64,000 bases of DNA from NCBI GenBank assembly GCA_016748015.1, contig JAAOMT010000441.1, positions 62,001 to 126,000 on the forward strand, in the 5' to 3' direction. A program made the translations under genes and the position numbers. This DNA is from Geosiphon pyriformis uo1. Taxonomy: Eukaryota; Fungi; Glomeromycota. Under the pieces are notes generated by a model, which saw nothing but the letters and a program-made list of their open reading frames with translations, did not search any database and had not been told where the DNA came from. Of this stretch, positions 62,291 through 64,000 are shown piece by piece (the first letter of the stretch is position 1; every line of letters starts with the position of its first letter).

Positions 62291-63770
62291 ATTATTGTTT
62301 ACTATTATTTTTTTTTGGTAACTAAAACTATAATTTTATTTATGTTTTTTTTAAAAATAAATATTAATTAGATAATCTTTTTAAATCTATTTACTATTAT
62401 AAATAATTTTTAAATAATTAATATTTTTACTATAGTGCTTTTTATTATTATTAACAAATTAATATTTAAAACATAAAATTTTTTAACAAGTATTTTTATT
62501 TTTTTCTTAATTATCTTAAATTTAATTTACTTTTTTTTAAAACAATAAGTTAATATAAAAAAAATTCACTTTTTTATTCTTTATATTAAAATCAATTATA
62601 TCAAAAAAAATTTTATTCAACTTATTAGTATTTATTTTTTTTATTTTAAAGTATTTATTTAAAAATTCAAAAAAATTTTATATTTATTATTTATTATATA
62701 TCTATTATTAATTATTAAAAAATTTACTATTTTTTTGTTAAATTTGTATTTATGTTTTTAAATTGATTAAAACTAATACTACTTAAAAATATTTTTAATT
62801 TTAAATTTATTTTATTGTTTAAATATTTAATATTACTAACTAAAACTTTTGGTTTTTGTAATAAGTTATTATTAATAAAATCAAAAACAATGCTTTTAGC
62901 AAACTTTTTTTTGTTATATTACCACTTATAGTAACTGTTAAATTTAAAACAAAAGAGTTTATATTTTGTAAAATAATAAAAAACATAAAAAAATAAAAAC
63001 AAAAAACTTTTTTGTAAAATTTTAAGTATTTTTTTTTACAGTCAAAAAATTAATATTTTTAATAAATAATTTATTAATAAAAACCATAATTGTTTTTAAA
63101 GTATTTTATTTAAATTTATTGAAAATTTTTACTATTTTTTAAATTAAAACTTGTTTTTTTATTAAGTTTAAAATATGTTTTTTAATATTAGTTTTAATAT
63201 TTTTATTTTTTTTAATATTGTTTAAATTTTTTAAAAAATACATTATTAATTTTTTTAGAATTTTTAATTTTTTGCTTATTTTTTTTGGTTTTTAAAACCA
63301 AAATATTTTTTAATATTTATATTACTTTTTTTTAATTTTTTTTAAATATATTACTATTAAAACCAATAGTTGTCAATTTTCAAAAAATAATTTATTATTA
63401 GATAAATTAATATTATTATAAGATAGAAAAGTAAAATATAATTTTTTCTTAAATTTATTAGGTTTTTTAAAAAAAAAAAAGTTTTTGTTAATTTATATAT
63501 ATTATTAATATTTAATATTAATTTTAAAATTTTACGCATTTATTTATAATTATTATAACTGTTTGCCCATTTTAAAATTATAATATAAACAAAATTAAAA
63601 ATATTTGATTAAGTAATATATTTTTTGTATATATATTTTTTTAATAATAATTAATTTTAAAACTAAGTTGTATTTAGAAAATAATAAAATAATAAAAAAG
63701 AATTGTTAACTATATTAAATATTAAAAAATTTTGGCATATATTACAAAAAATTACAATTTTATAAATAAA
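62291..63770. other. Extremely AT-rich tract, probably end-stage decayed transposon DNA
   Basis: Very low G+C, no credible ORF, adjoins the tail of LINE B. Confidence 0.45.
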
Positions 63771-64000
63771 TTTTCAGTTATTAAAATGGAAAAACCACAT
63801 ATATTGAAAGTTGGTTTTGTTCTTATTGCTTTGCATTAAAAACATGAGTGACAATAATGACATTAGCATTTTAAAAAATTACAAAGTAATAACGTGTGCT
63901 GCCATAACTTGGTGGCGGTGTAACTAATAAACCAATTTTTTTTTGTACATATGTCAAAACAAATTTTAAGGCACCAACATTTTCTACAGGCGTGTGCCTG

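Overview
Eukaryotic, intron-rich, AT-rich fungal DNA; gene content and repeat landscape suggest a Glomeromycota/Mucoromycota-type genome (inference). There are three compartments. (1) 1-21.2 kb is a decayed repeat block: three related Ty3/Gypsy LTR retrotransposons nested in one another, an LTR remnant and a 5'-truncated LINE. The complete middle element (1697-11788, 4-bp TSD CCAT) carries gag, protease, a Cys-rich insert, dUTPase, RT, RNase H, integrase and an extra 3' ORF. (2) 22.3-43.6 kb is a compact, CpG-retaining gene island: MOT1, a single-pass membrane protein, an MLKL-like four-helix-bundle/pseudokinase/Sel1 protein, a small probable mitochondrial protein, a DUF866/CZIB zinc protein, RPT5, an unannotated structured C/D-box ncRNA region, a Nudix hydrolase, a stand-alone HDAC6-type ZnF-UBP protein and an Stf2/HABP4-like protein. 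(3) 46-64 kb holds two near-full-length, head-to-head LINEs (ORF1 RRM+CCHC; ORF2 APE-RT-RNase H-zinc finger) in extremely AT-rich DNA. All transposons show heavy C>T/G>A decay that the genes escape. The strongest leads are the MLKL-like pseudokinase-Sel1 gene, the dUTPase-bearing Gypsy family with apparent C(C/T)AT target preference, and the structured ncRNA upstream of RPT5. Everything was read by eye; domain boundaries are approximate and no searches were run.
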